64,000 nt of DNA from Parachlamydiales bacterium. GTDB lineage: Bacteria; Chlamydiota; Chlamydiia; Chlamydiales; JAJFMK01. The notes under the pieces were generated by a model. It worked only from the letters and a program-made list of their open reading frames with translations, had not been told where the DNA came from and made no database searches. The stretch lies in the NCBI GenBank assembly GCA_963765145.1, contig CAVXVG010000026.1:1-64000 (forward strand), written 5' to 3'. The translations under genes and the position numbers were made by a program. How positions within the stretch are numbered: position 1 is the stretch's first letter; the number at the start of each line of letters is the position of its first letter. Of this stretch, positions 9,994 through 19,880 are shown piece by piece.

Positions 9994-11124
9994 CTAGGAG
10001 GCGAGTGGCTCATCAATTTGCGCAATTTCAGTACAAGCTGATGCTTCCCCAATAAACTTCTTGGCTGCATCTTCCATTATTCCTGCCAAATGCTCTTTAC
10101 TTTGGTGAGTGTATCGGTAGGTCATCCGCAAATCTTTATGTCCTAGAATTTCGGCGATATCGCGTTGGTTAGCTCCGCTCATGTGTAGGAAACTGCCACA
10201 AGAGTGTCTTAGATCGTGAAATTTGAAATCGATGATTTCGGCTCTTTTGAGGGCAAATTGCCAGGCCGTTCGAATGTCGAGGTATCGATCTAAGTTGAGG
10301 CTGGGGAAAACGTTGTAAGTTAGGTCAATGATTGTTTCGTTTTCAAATATAATTTTTAGCACTTGTTCCGCGAGGCCAATCATAGGAATGTATCTTGTTG
10401 TTCCGTTTTTGGTTTCTCGTAAAACGATTAGCTTTTTCTCGAAGTCAATGTCTCGCCACTGAAGTCCTAGCAGTTCTCCGCGCCTCATTCCTGAGCAAAG
10501 GGCTAAAACAACTATCGAATAAAGATAAGTGTTCCGACTTTCCTTGCAGGCGGCTAAAAGTCTTTTGCATTCATCTTCTGATAAGAAGCGGTCTCTAGAA
10601 TTGGACACTGAGGGTTTGCGAATCAGTTTGACAGGGTTTTTTTCGATCCAGTGCCAATCCTTAATTGCTGTTTCAAATAGAGTCGAAAGGGAGCTTAGGT
10701 AGCGGACAACAGTAGCTGGGGCTCTTTTTTTGCCTTTGTGTGAGGGCTCTTTGAGTAGTTTATCCCTGCCTTCAGTGATTACGCTTAGGGGTACTTCGTT
10801 TAAGTTGAGGTGGCCTATTTGGTCTTTCCACCACAGAAGGTGTTGCTCTACGTTGCGAGCATTTTTTGGTTTTTGGGGGAGAACGTCAGAGATGTATTTG
10901 TCGATGGCGTGGGACAACTTCCGGTTCTTCAGGGTTTCCTTAGAGACCAAACCTTTGTCTATCTCGTAGCGTGTGGTGCGCCCCCATTTTACTGCCTCTT
11001 TTTCTGAAGAGAAGGTTTTTGACTTATAGAATTTCTTACCATCACGCCAAACTTCGATGATAATTTGGCAGCGGTCGTTGCCATTTTTGTCTTTTCGATG
11101 GCGAATGTGGCCGATCTTGTTCAT
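9994..11124 (-). CDS. int: Site-specific tyrosine recombinase (integrase)
   Basis: SGMRRGEL (R), TKNG (K), FHDLRHS (HxxR), LGHKD (H), RYTH (Y); N-terminal arm-binding-like domain. Confidence 0.95.
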   Translation of the reverse strand: MNKIGHIRHRKDKNGNDRCQIIIEVWRDGKKFYKSKTFSSEKEAVKWGRTTRYEIDKGLVSKETLKNRKLSHAIDKYISDVLPQKPKNARNVEQHLLWWKDQIGHLNLNEVPLSVITEGRDKLLKEPSHKGKKRAPATVVRYLSSLSTLFETAIKDWHWIEKNPVKLIRKPSVSNSRDRFLSEDECKRLLAACKESRNTYLYSIVVLALCSGMRRGELLGLQWRDIDFEKKLIVLRETKNGTTRYIPMIGLAEQVLKIIFENETIIDLTYNVFPSLNLDRYLDIRTAWQFALKRAEIIDFKFHDLRHSCGSFLHMSGANQRDIAEILGHKDLRMTYRYTHQSKEHLAGIMEDAAKKFIGEASACTEIAQIDEPLAS

Positions 11125-11380
11125 AATTGCATGATTGAGAATGGGTTCTTATAAAATTAGATGATACCAAATGGCTAGCTTCAAAACAAGTAGCGGAGTG
11201 TCAATCCGCAACATGTATGCCTAAAAATGAGTGAATTTACAAGGTAGATAGTGTTTGGTTGAATTCAATTATGCTGAAATGTCAGGGATATTGTCAGGAT
11301 GTCCTCTGGTTTAAAATAAAAAACATGACTGTTTTCGTAGAATGAAGAATGTTATTGATCATATAGGTGGAATCTAAAAT

Positions 11381-11971
11381 TTAGGCTCCCCTGGTCTGTC
11401 CAATAAGGTAAAAACCCCCAATGTGTTTTATGCCTAAAGGGGAGGTGTGATAATTGGAACGAATATACAAGTAGGCTTCATCAAAAAGCTGCAAGAGGTC
11501 GGAAAAGATATTTTGTGTGGTGATTCTTTCCAAAGTACAAGAGTCAACGTATGGATCGTCCAAGTAGATAGCCAACACACTTTTGTTGAATCTGGTCTTG
11601 AAATCACGGTACTCCTTATTTACTTCTTTTTCTTTTATCCGTTCTTGGATTTTTGATAGAAGTCCTTGGACGTAGGAATCGCCTGTAAACCTTTCTGATA
11701 AAGCGGAAGACGATGGGGCATTGGGGTCATAAAGCCCAGATTTATTGAGAAAGATGGCTACTTTGTTTTTATCATTGGATTTTTTTGCGGAGTCATCAGT
11801 CCTCATGGCTGAAGTGACTTCTACGCCTATGAGCTGTCCTTTTTGTGTATGAATGATTCCGTCAGGAGATTCTGATTTTTTAAAGGAAGCAACTCCTTCT
11901 TCTTGGTCTATTTTTTTCCTGAATTCATCAAGCACCATCTCTTCTGTTGCTTTGCTGTAATCACTTGGCAT
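11381..11971 (-). CDS. Hypothetical protein, PD-(D/E)xK nuclease-like (196 aa from MPSDYSK)
   Basis: GGAGG RBS before ATG 11971; E...SESPD...IGVEVT pattern. Confidence 0.5.
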   Translation of the reverse strand: MPSDYSKATEEMVLDEFRKKIDQEEGVASFKKSESPDGIIHTQKGQLIGVEVTSAMRTDDSAKKSNDKNKVAIFLNKSGLYDPNAPSSSALSERFTGDSYVQGLLSKIQERIKEKEVNKEYRDFKTRFNKSVLAIYLDDPYVDSCTLERITTQNIFSDLLQLFDEAYLYIRSNYHTSPLGIKHIGGFYLIGQTRGA

Positions 11972-12116
11972 CCCACACCTCCATAAATAAACAAGATAGC
12001 ACAAACCCATGGAATCCTGACAAAAGTTCTGACATAATGCCTGTGAAGGTTGTTTTGGAGGAGGAAGGGGCAGCAAGAGTTGCTGAAGTAGAGTGAGTTA
12101 TGTGAGAAGAAAGGGA

Positions 12117-12190
12117 TAGCGGCAGTCGGATTTGAACCAACGACCCACGGATTATGATTCCGTTGCTCTAACCAACTGAGCTATGCCGCC
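12117..12190 (-). tRNA. tRNA with CAT anticodon, most likely elongator tRNA-Met; integration target
   Basis: GGCGGCA/TGCCGCT acceptor stem, ACGGA-ATCATAA-TCCGT anticodon arm, TTCAAAT T-loop; CCA not encoded. Confidence 0.93.
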
Positions 12191-12204
12191 GTAGAATAAA
12201 AATT

Positions 12205-12233
12205 GAGGAAATTGCAGGTCTTGCAATTTCCTC
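12205..12233. other. Perfect hairpin in the inter-tRNA spacer
   Basis: GAGGAAATTGCA-GGTCT-TGCAATTTCCTC, a 12-bp stem. Confidence 0.6.
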
Positions 12234-12237
12234 TGAA

Positions 12238-12310
12238 TAGCGGGGGGAGGATTCGAACCTCCGACCTTTGGGTTATGAGCCCAACGAGCTAACCCCTGCT
12301 CCACCCCGCG
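12238..12310 (-). tRNA. Initiator tRNA-fMet (CAT)
   Basis: Starts CGCGGGG with a mismatched 1:72 pair; GGG/CCC in the anticodon stem; CTCATAA loop. Confidence 0.95.
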
Positions 12311-12348
12311 GCAAGGTTGTGATCAATACTCTATACTAGGTGAGTCTT

Positions 12349-12558
12349 TTAGGTAAACAAAATGATGAGAAGGGTGAAAAAAGCAAAGCTTGAGAAGAGG
12401 AAAGCGTGAGTGTAAAGACTGTAGCACCCGTAAAGAAAATTTCTAAAAAGGGGAGTTAGGATGAGGACAAAGCCGCCCCATTCGGGGTAAGAGAAAAGAA
12501 TGAGAAGAAGGGAAAAGGCAATCCCGGTGAGAAGAGTCCATTTGACAGTCGTGATCAT
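12349..12558 (-). CDS. Small membrane protein, likely DUF1634-type partner of TauE
   Basis: ATGA overlap with the upstream stop; three hydrophobic segments; ILTP motif. Confidence 0.55.
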   Translation of the reverse strand: MITTVKWTLLTGIAFSLLLILFSYPEWGGFVLILTPLFRNFLYGCYSLYTHAFLFSSFAFFTLLIILFT

Positions 12559-13358
12559 GAAAGGGCCCCCCATAGCATTCGAAGACCCATTAAGAGGACA
12601 AAACCTGAAAAAAGAATTCTGATAAAGTTTTTGGAAACATATTTTAGTAAGTAAGCACCGGCAAAGGAGCCTAAGAGGATAGCCGGTATGAGAGCTGTGA
12701 TGAGTTGAGGGTTCATGTAACCCTTTTCCCAATAGATCCACCCACTTGCTGCAGCAGTCATGCCGATGATCGAGCTGGATGTGGCGGTTGCAATGATAAG
12801 AGGCAGCCCCATGAGCCGTTCAAAGATGACAACATTGAATACACCGGAGCCAATGCCAAGCAGACCCGATAATACCCCTCCTATCATCATCAAAAACCAT
12901 CCTAGAAAAGGGTGATGGACCTCCATCTTCTGCCCCTCGTAGACATAAGAAAAATCGATGGGAGACTTATAGCCCGGCTTGAAAACTTTGGGGAGGGGAG
13001 GGCCGCGAAAACCCTGGTAGGCAGAATAGAAAAGGACGAAAGAAAAGATAAGGGCAATGGCCTTTGTTGGCACTAAAGCTGCAATGGTAGCCCCAAAGAT
13101 GGCTCCAAGAACAGACCCTGTTTCTAAAAAGATGCCTAAATGGATGTGGGTAAGCTTTCGGGGAAGAAGAGTAGCTGTTGTGGCGATCGAAGTAGCGATG
13201 ACAGATAATAAGCTTGCCCCCACAGCATACAGGAGGGGCACATCAAACCCGTACAGAAGGAGGGGGACGATGATCAAACCCCCTCCAAGTCCCGACATAG
13301 AGCCTAACAATCCTGCAAAAAAGGAGGCAATGAACAGGATAAAAGACTCTGAGAACAT
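12555..13358 (-). CDS. Sulfite exporter TauE/SafE family membrane protein
   Basis: AGLLGSMSGLGGGLIIVP and GVLSGLLGIGSG repeats; ATATSS motif. Confidence 0.9.
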   Translation of the reverse strand: MFSESFILFIASFFAGLLGSMSGLGGGLIIVPLLLYGFDVPLLYAVGASLLSVIATSIATTATLLPRKLTHIHLGIFLETGSVLGAIFGATIAALVPTKAIALIFSFVLFYSAYQGFRGPPLPKVFKPGYKSPIDFSYVYEGQKMEVHHPFLGWFLMMIGGVLSGLLGIGSGVFNVVIFERLMGLPLIIATATSSSIIGMTAAASGWIYWEKGYMNPQLITALIPAILLGSFAGAYLLKYVSKNFIRILFSGFVLLMGLRMLWGALS

Positions 13359-13359
13359 A

Positions 13360-16300
13360 TTAGAACAGGTAAGTTAGCTCCACCTTACCGGCGCTGCTCG
13401 CATAGTGGCTTCCATATAGGCCTTCAAAGTCGAAAGCCAAGTCGAAGCCAAAGGCGCCTGTAAGTAAGAGATTGACTGATGCAGAAACCAAGTTCTGCCT
13501 TGGAAATAGGCCTCCGACAGTAAAATTGCAGCCATTCCCTGTGAAGTTAGCAACTGTGCTGTGGCCAATGAAACGGAGTTCTTTAACAAAACCAACTCGA
13601 ACATCGCCGGTAATCACTCCACAATGGATAACGGGTTGGATAAACCCTACACCAAAGCCAAGTTCAGGTCGTAGGAAGTCGCTGCTATTACCATGGACTG
13701 ACAGATTGGTTGCACCACCACCTATTTCGTTAAAAGGTTCTCTTTTCACGAAGAGGTAGTCTAAATTGCCATAGGAGATGGCAAAAAAGTTGCGGCAGAA
13801 GATCTCCTGTTTGGAAATCATGCCGATATGGGTAGTGTAGAGTGTTGAATTGTTTGTATACGAAATCGATTTGACAATCGGTGTGGTAAAGGTCTCAATT
13901 GGGAAAGGGGTATTGATAGGAAGAGGCACTTCTGTGGATGGGCCTATGAAAATAGCACGCTCTCCTCTTGCCACGTTCCGTGTGTAGCTTGCAAAAGCAT
14001 CAACCATGAAGGGGAACATGTACCATGTGCCTCCAATAAAGCCGGTGTAGCTCTCGATATTGGCGTTGGCGCCTTTAACATCTGTCCAATGCATTTTGCT
14101 TTTGGCATATGCAAATCCGGCTGATGCAAGTCCATTATTTGGTAATAAAACATCAAAGCCGGTGACCACTCCGTTGAAGTTATCTTTATAGCCGCTAAAA
14201 GCTTGACCATCTTTTAGCTTGTGCTGCTGAATTTCTTCTCCGTAGAAGGCTGTCCAGATGCCGCCTTGAAAGCAGTTATCAAATTGTCTGTCAAACCCGT
14301 GTTGGGTATAGATATTTCTGACCCTCTCTCCGACCGATTCTTCAGCGTAGAAGATAGCGTTGTAAATACCAGGATCAAATTGCTCAAAAGCTGTCCCGAT
14401 TTCAGAAGTCGATAGGCCGTTTAAAATGTTTAAATCTGCCTGTAATTCAGGAGTGATATTTGTTATCAACGAGTCAAAGCAGACTCCGATGTTATGGATG
14501 TTACCGACCGCGATGATGTTAGCAAACGGCACTTCGCTGACTGTCAGTTTCACTGTGTGACGGTCGTATCGAACCGTAACTGGAAAACGAGCAGAGCCAG
14601 CTGAGATAGGTAAGAATCTACCTGTTACAAACCCTGTAGCATCGACGATGGTATAGGTCATCGGTAAATAGGGGTTTAAGATAGGCAAGAGGGTCGATCC
14701 TGGAAGGATTGAAACGTTACCTGTTGAAGCAAGATTGCTATAAGGCGATCCATTCAGAAGCACTTTGAACGTTGAACCATTTTCAAAAGTGGTTTTGGTG
14801 GTGGTTAATGTGCCGGTGGGGTTGCCGGCAGCCAATGTGCCAAACACATCCACTGTGCTGACTGTACCGATTCCGCTTAAAGTTGCTCCCGAGGAAACAG
14901 TGGTTGCACTATTGGGCAAAGTCCCATCAATTTCAAGAGTACCTGCTGTAACAAGGGTGGGACCCGTATAGGTGTTTGCGCCAGTTAAAATAATCGTGCC
15001 TGCACCGCTTTTGATAAAACCCGAGGGCGCATCTGAAATGGGAGAGGTGATTGTCGTTACTGTCTGAGGATCTGCAATAAACGTTGTTGTCATGAGCAAC
15101 ACGATACTGGGATTTGAGAGGAAAGAGCTGCAAGTGAACTCTACATTTCCGCCGTCAAAAGTGATAGGACCTGTTCCTAGGGGATTGATTCCACAGAGCT
15201 GGATTAAACCTGCATCGATAAAAGATGGACCGGAAAAACTAGGGCTGCTGCCATTGATACCCAACGTTCCAGAGCCAAGTTTTGTAAAGCTACCCGCACC
15301 CGAAATTGAACCGGTAAGAGACGAAGTAGTCCCTGCATCGGTGGTGATTGAACCGCTTGTGGCGAATACTAAGTTGTTGGGGAGGATAGTGCTGCAAGTG
15401 ATTTCCAAATCACCCCCGTTGAAAGTAATATTTCCTACGCCAAGTGGGCTTGAACCGCAAATTTCAACATTGCCTCCATCGAGGTTGGTTCCCCCTTGAT
15501 AACTGTTGGTCCCAGTAATGATGAGGGTGCCAGGACCAGGAAGTGTCAATCCTCCAGGACCAGAAATTGTTCCTGCTAGTGTATTGACAGCTCCATCTGC
15601 ACCAATGACCCCTCCATTAGCACTAAGATTAATAGAATTGGAAAAATGTTGACCTGTGCCAAGCAGGACAAGAGCGCCACCATTGATTCCAACGGGTCCG
15701 GTTCCTAAATCTGCTGCGGTGGTAACCCCAAGTCCTGCGGAATTGATGTTAATCCCGCCGGAAAAAGCGGCATTATGACTTCCGGATAACTGCAATGCCC
15801 CTGTTCCTAAAAGAGAGAGGGGAGTTGTGCCAGAAAGAGTTCCGGTCCAAGTGGTGAGACCGGTGTCTAATTGTAAGTTTCCGCCGCCTACACCTAACGC
15901 TAAATTATTGGTATAAGTCTGACCGGCAGTGGTTAGCTCAAGCGTTCCAGAGTTAGAAAGATTGATGGTACCTGTTCCGATGTTGGCAGGGCTTGCTGTT
16001 TGGACAGTCGCCTGATTGATGTAAAAACCACCGGAGAAAGCACCATTTGCGCCTGTTAACGCTAAAGTCCCTGTATCTTGGATGCCAAGAGGAGAGCTCC
16101 CTGAAATGACCCCGGACCACGTATTGGTTGTGGAAGGGTCTAAAATGATAGAACCGCCAAAAGGACTTGTTGTGGTCGACGGATCAACAGCTATAGTGTT
16201 GGTGTAGGTTGATCCAGTACCTGTCAATTCTAAGTTGCCGCCCGAACCAGAAAAGGTTAGTGCTCCTGTCCCAAGGTTTGCCGGAGAAGGAGTTTGCAAT

Positions 16301-19300
16301 GTTCCTTGGTTGAACGTGATTGCTGGGGCACCGGTTGTGGGCCCATTGAGGGTGATAATCCCGTTTTCTGATCCCGTTGTAAGCCCAACACTATAGCTTG
16401 AGCCTGTTCCTGTGATGCCGCCCGCTAAGGAATTGGTTGTTCCTGTATCTGCGATGATGGCATTGGGCGTAGTTCCTAAAATGAGATTATTGTTAATCGT
16501 CGAGTTTGCAATGAATTCAAGGTTAGCGCCGTTCATTGTCACTGTGTTGGCAGCAGCTCCAAAAGGGCTAGTGCCGGAGACTTGCATGGTGAGATTGGCC
16601 AAATCGACGGTGTTGCCTGCTCCGACAGTGAAGGTGTTAGCTCCTGTCAATTGCGTCACACTCGATGCTCCGGATCCTTGAAAGGTAACTTTCCCGGTGT
16701 TGCCACTCCGATCTTTGATCACACCGGAGAAAGTCCCTGTGGTTCCGGCTGTAGCTGTAAATGTAGGGGTAGAATTTGTATCTATTGAGATTGTATTGGG
16801 TGCCGTGGTATTGCCAGTTACCCTTGTCGAAGGAGAGGTTCCTGTCAGAATGTAAGTGGCAGATGCTCCGCCCAAAGGGCTTGTCCCTGCAATGGAGAGC
16901 GGCTGACTTGTATTGATCCACGTTCCTGTAAAGCCGTTGCTGTTAGTTGTGGGTGTCAGCGATAGACTGCCGGCAGTGGCACTATAGTTGACAGTTGCAG
17001 CACCACTTAGAGAGCCAGAAAAAGTACTTGCTCCAGCTTGTGCGACAAGGGCTACATTGTTTTGAAAGTTGATAGGGTTCGACAGGGTGTTTGCAGCTGT
17101 TAAATGCCAAGCGGTTGTTGTTCCGCCCAAAGTCAATGTGCCTGTTCCAAAGGGATTGGTTCCAGAGCTCTGCAAGGTGATGACTGTTGAAAGGGTGGGT
17201 GCAGAGTAGGTGTTTGGTCCGGATGTTGGGGCTACAGCAATGGTTGTGCCCTCTAATAGAAGTTGGGTAGCACTGCCTGAGATAGGGCCAGTTAAAGTGA
17301 TGCCAGCGCTAGACGCATTTACAGTCGGACTGCTACCTGAAACAGTGATTGGGTTATTCAAGTTGAGGGCAGATCCTATAGACTTTACAGTTCCAATAAG
17401 GTTCACGGTTTGACCGGCCGTTATGCTGCCATTGGCTTGCAGCCCCAAAGTAGTATTAGGATCAATCGTGACGGTGCCTATCGTGTTTGAGGTGCCGGTT
17501 AAATTGACTTGGCCATTGCCAGCGATGACTAGCGGTCCTCCGCCACTCACAATTCCGCTGATGCCATATATTACACCTGAATTGGTAGAGATGGTGTTGT
17601 TGCTTGCAGTGCTTAGGTTAAAAGCACGTGTCGCTGAAGTACTTGCAGTGACTAATAAGGTGGGTGAAGAGGTTCCTTGAAAGTACACTGTTCCAGAGCC
17701 GTTAGTCACATTGCCCAATTGTGCATCTTGACTAATCGAGAGCGTTGCGGGGCCAATAATAGCGGTAGAACCTGTGTAATTGGCTCCATTAGGAGAATCG
17801 GTATTGGTTAATGTCAAAGTGCCAGGCCCAGATACTGTGAGACCTCCCACTGTCCAAGGAACGCTGCTGTTGGAACGTTGGTTGCCATCTCCTGCTAAAT
17901 TGACGCTGGCTGCACTGATAGTGCTGAAAGTGTAGTTAAACTGTGCCCCAGAGGTAATGAAGACGTCTTGGCCGTAGCCTAAGCCATTTGTAGCGGCAAT
18001 TGCACCAGGTCCTGTTCCTCCTGGTATTCCTGCACTACCGCCTACAGCCGAATTGTCGGAAAAAGTGGCGTCAGTTAATGATAAAGTGGTTGCTGCTCCA
18101 TTATAGGCATTGTCCACGTAGAAGACTCCGCCAAAGCTAGCTCCACCGCCTCCTGCGCCTCCGCCTATCATGCCTAGCCCCGTATTGAATGCACTTCCAC
18201 CAATACCACCCCCATATCCACCGCTCGCACTAGAGATAACTCCTACAAAAGCGTTTTGCGATCCCTGGCCACCTCCACCAGCCCCAAAACCACCGGTACC
18301 TCCACTGCCGCGAAAGCCGGTGCCGCCGCCTGTGCCTCCTTCGCCGCCTCCGCCTCCACCTCCGTATGTACCCCCATTCCCGCCATCTCCGGTGATACCT
18401 TCTGGGACCGTCTCTCCGGCACTTCCTCCGCCGCCACCGCCGCCGCCGCCAAAATAGGGTGCTGCAGTTCCATTGGTGCTAGATCCTCCGACTGGAGGCC
18501 CAAGTGATGTACCTGGTTCAAAAGTAGCGTTAGAGGCGCCTCCGCCTCCACCACCGCAAACAGCAGACCCTCCTGCACCCTGAGGGGTTATGTCGCCTTG
18601 ATTGCTTGGTGGGCCGAAGCTGGTTGCTCCTCCCCCGCCTTGGTTGCCAGTGCCATTTCTTCCATTATAATTTGGATAAACTGCCCCAGAACCTGGATTA
18701 GAGCCTCCATCTCCACCACTTGCATAAACAGGTGGAGCAGGGGGTGTGGTTGCGTTAGGGATAGTTGGGGGGGAACCACTTTGGCTAGGAGATGCCCCTC
18801 CGCCTCCTGCTCCTCCTCCCTGCGGTACCCCTGCATCATAAGATTCAGTAACCGATCCGCCATTAAAGCTGCTTGTTGTTGGTGTGCCCCCCCCACCCCC
18901 AGAGCCTCCTATGACAGCTTTGGCCGGATTTGTTCCTGAAGTCCCTCCATCGCCTCCGGGGCCTGCCCCTCCATTACCTCCACAGGAATAGAATTGGGTT
19001 ACTGAGGCTGTACTTCCACCCATTCCACCTATAGCGCTGTTCCCAGTATAGGTCATACTACTGGCCGTATAAGTGGTGCCAGGAGAAACGTACATCACAC
19101 CACCAAGAGCAGGACTTCCGCCGCCGCCGCCGGCACCATTTGGTAGTCCTGTTCCGCCTCCGTTCGAGCCGTTTCTTGTCGAGTTAATGATTGTCAAATT
19201 TTGACTGATAATTTGATTTGGAGGTTGGAGGCAATCAAGAGGAAACACTTGGTATTTGCCTTGTCCGTTGATCACAGAAGGCTCTGGACCCATTCCAATA

Positions 19301-19731
19301 AATGTAATGGAAGAAGAGATGAGCGGCAACGTGGCTTGTAAATTGATCGACGTGTTGTTGGGCAATAAAATGATGCTGGGGCTTGAGTCTTGATTTGCCA
19401 TTAAGATAGCGTTTCGAAGGGTGCCTGCACCTCCATTGATTGCATTTGGATCATCTGAAGTATCGGTGACATTGAAGGTGCCCGCACTGACAGGTGACGC
19501 AAAACAAAGAAGGGTTAAAAAGAGGGGAGTGAGAAGCTTTCTTTTCCTAGAGGGCAAAAGCTCCATTTCTTCAAAGTGGCAATTTCCTAAAAGGCAATTT
19601 TTGCTGTGTTTCTTTTCGAGTTCTTTACGCATCTCTAGTCCAATCAATTGTCTTTTTTTACACTGTTCGAGAATATGGCGAAAGTTCTTTTTCGTCGATC
19701 CAAATGTGCTGTTACGATTGGTATTATGCAC
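13360..19731 (-). CDS. Giant autotransporter AT1 (Gly-rich N-domain, beta-strand repeats, C-terminal barrel); start uncertain
   Basis: Signal-like LLTPLFLTLLCFASPVSA, GAGTLRNAI, poly-Gly block, GAGTIILTGANTYTGPT repeats, ends VELTYLF. Confidence 0.9.
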   Translation of the reverse strand: MHNTNRNSTFGSTKKNFRHILEQCKKRQLIGLEMRKELEKKHSKNCLLGNCHFEEMELLPSRKRKLLTPLFLTLLCFASPVSAGTFNVTDTSDDPNAINGGAGTLRNAILMANQDSSPSIILLPNNTSINLQATLPLISSSITFIGMGPEPSVINGQGKYQVFPLDCLQPPNQIISQNLTIINSTRNGSNGGGTGLPNGAGGGGGSPALGGVMYVSPGTTYTASSMTYTGNSAIGGMGGSTASVTQFYSCGGNGGAGPGGDGGTSGTNPAKAVIGGSGGGGGTPTTSSFNGGSVTESYDAGVPQGGGAGGGGASPSQSGSPPTIPNATTPPAPPVYASGGDGGSNPGSGAVYPNYNGRNGTGNQGGGGATSFGPPSNQGDITPQGAGGSAVCGGGGGGASNATFEPGTSLGPPVGGSSTNGTAAPYFGGGGGGGGGSAGETVPEGITGDGGNGGTYGGGGGGGEGGTGGGTGFRGSGGTGGFGAGGGGQGSQNAFVGVISSASGGYGGGIGGSAFNTGLGMIGGGAGGGGASFGGVFYVDNAYNGAATTLSLTDATFSDNSAVGGSAGIPGGTGPGAIAATNGLGYGQDVFITSGAQFNYTFSTISAASVNLAGDGNQRSNSSVPWTVGGLTVSGPGTLTLTNTDSPNGANYTGSTAIIGPATLSISQDAQLGNVTNGSGTVYFQGTSSPTLLVTASTSATRAFNLSTASNNTISTNSGVIYGISGIVSGGGPLVIAGNGQVNLTGTSNTIGTVTIDPNTTLGLQANGSITAGQTVNLIGTVKSIGSALNLNNPITVSGSSPTVNASSAGITLTGPISGSATQLLLEGTTIAVAPTSGPNTYSAPTLSTVITLQSSGTNPFGTGTLTLGGTTTAWHLTAANTLSNPINFQNNVALVAQAGASTFSGSLSGAATVNYSATAGSLSLTPTTNSNGFTGTWINTSQPLSIAGTSPLGGASATYILTGTSPSTRVTGNTTAPNTISIDTNSTPTFTATAGTTGTFSGVIKDRSGNTGKVTFQGSGASSVTQLTGANTFTVGAGNTVDLANLTMQVSGTSPFGAAANTVTMNGANLEFIANSTINNNLILGTTPNAIIADTGTTNSLAGGITGTGSSYSVGLTTGSENGIITLNGPTTGAPAITFNQGTLQTPSPANLGTGALTFSGSGGNLELTGTGSTYTNTIAVDPSTTTSPFGGSIILDPSTTNTWSGVISGSSPLGIQDTGTLALTGANGAFSGGFYINQATVQTASPANIGTGTINLSNSGTLELTTAGQTYTNNLALGVGGGNLQLDTGLTTWTGTLSGTTPLSLLGTGALQLSGSHNAAFSGGININSAGLGVTTAADLGTGPVGINGGALVLLGTGQHFSNSINLSANGGVIGADGAVNTLAGTISGPGGLTLPGPGTLIITGTNSYQGGTNLDGGNVEICGSSPLGVGNITFNGGDLEITCSTILPNNLVFATSGSITTDAGTTSSLTGSISGAGSFTKLGSGTLGINGSSPSFSGPSFIDAGLIQLCGINPLGTGPITFDGGNVEFTCSSFLSNPSIVLLMTTTFIADPQTVTTITSPISDAPSGFIKSGAGTIILTGANTYTGPTLVTAGTLEIDGTLPNSATTVSSGATLSGIGTVSTVDVFGTLAAGNPTGTLTTTKTTFENGSTFKVLLNGSPYSNLASTGNVSILPGSTLLPILNPYLPMTYTIVDATGFVTGRFLPISAGSARFPVTVRYDRHTVKLTVSEVPFANIIAVGNIHNIGVCFDSLITNITPELQADLNILNGLSTSEIGTAFEQFDPGIYNAIFYAEESVGERVRNIYTQHGFDRQFDNCFQGGIWTAFYGEEIQQHKLKDGQAFSGYKDNFNGVVTGFDVLLPNNGLASAGFAYAKSKMHWTDVKGANANIESYTGFIGGTWYMFPFMVDAFASYTRNVARGERAIFIGPSTEVPLPINTPFPIETFTTPIVKSISYTNNSTLYTTHIGMISKQEIFCRNFFAISYGNLDYLFVKREPFNEIGGGATNLSVHGNSSDFLRPELGFGVGFIQPVIHCGVITGDVRVGFVKELRFIGHSTVANFTGNGCNFTVGGLFPRQNLVSASVNLLLTGAFGFDLAFDFEGLYGSHYASSAGKVELTYLF

Positions 19732-19741
19732 AAGTTTTAAA

Positions 19742-19857
19742 CGTGCCCTTGCCCCTGCCCGTGCCCTTGCCCGAATTCTTAATTAAGGGATTTTTTTTGC
19801 CTTATTGTTTAAGCAAAAATGGAGTTAAAAATTTTTTCGGGCACGGGCAAGGGCAAG
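19742..19857. repeat. Inverted arrays of TGCCC-containing hexamers (REP/MITE-like)
   Basis: cgtgcc-cttgcc-cctgcc-cgtgcc-cttgcc-cgaa versus ttcg-ggcacg-ggcaag-ggcaag, around an AT-rich core. Confidence 0.65.
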
Positions 19858-19880
19858 GTTAGATTTGGACAACGGCCCTG

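Larger units (their letters stand above)
3032..12163. mobile_element. tRNA-Met-integrated ~9.1-kb phage-satellite-like integrative element
   Basis: Bounded by 50-bp att repeats. Encodes a tyrosine integrase, an Xis-like protein, a DUF927 helicase, a Zn-finger/TOPRIM primase and a TerS-like HTH. No capsid, tail or conjugation genes seen. Confidence 0.88.

Noticed and set aside
3032..12163. Complete prophage or conjugative ICE
   Set aside because: No capsid, portal, tail, large terminase, relaxase or T4SS genes are recognisable.
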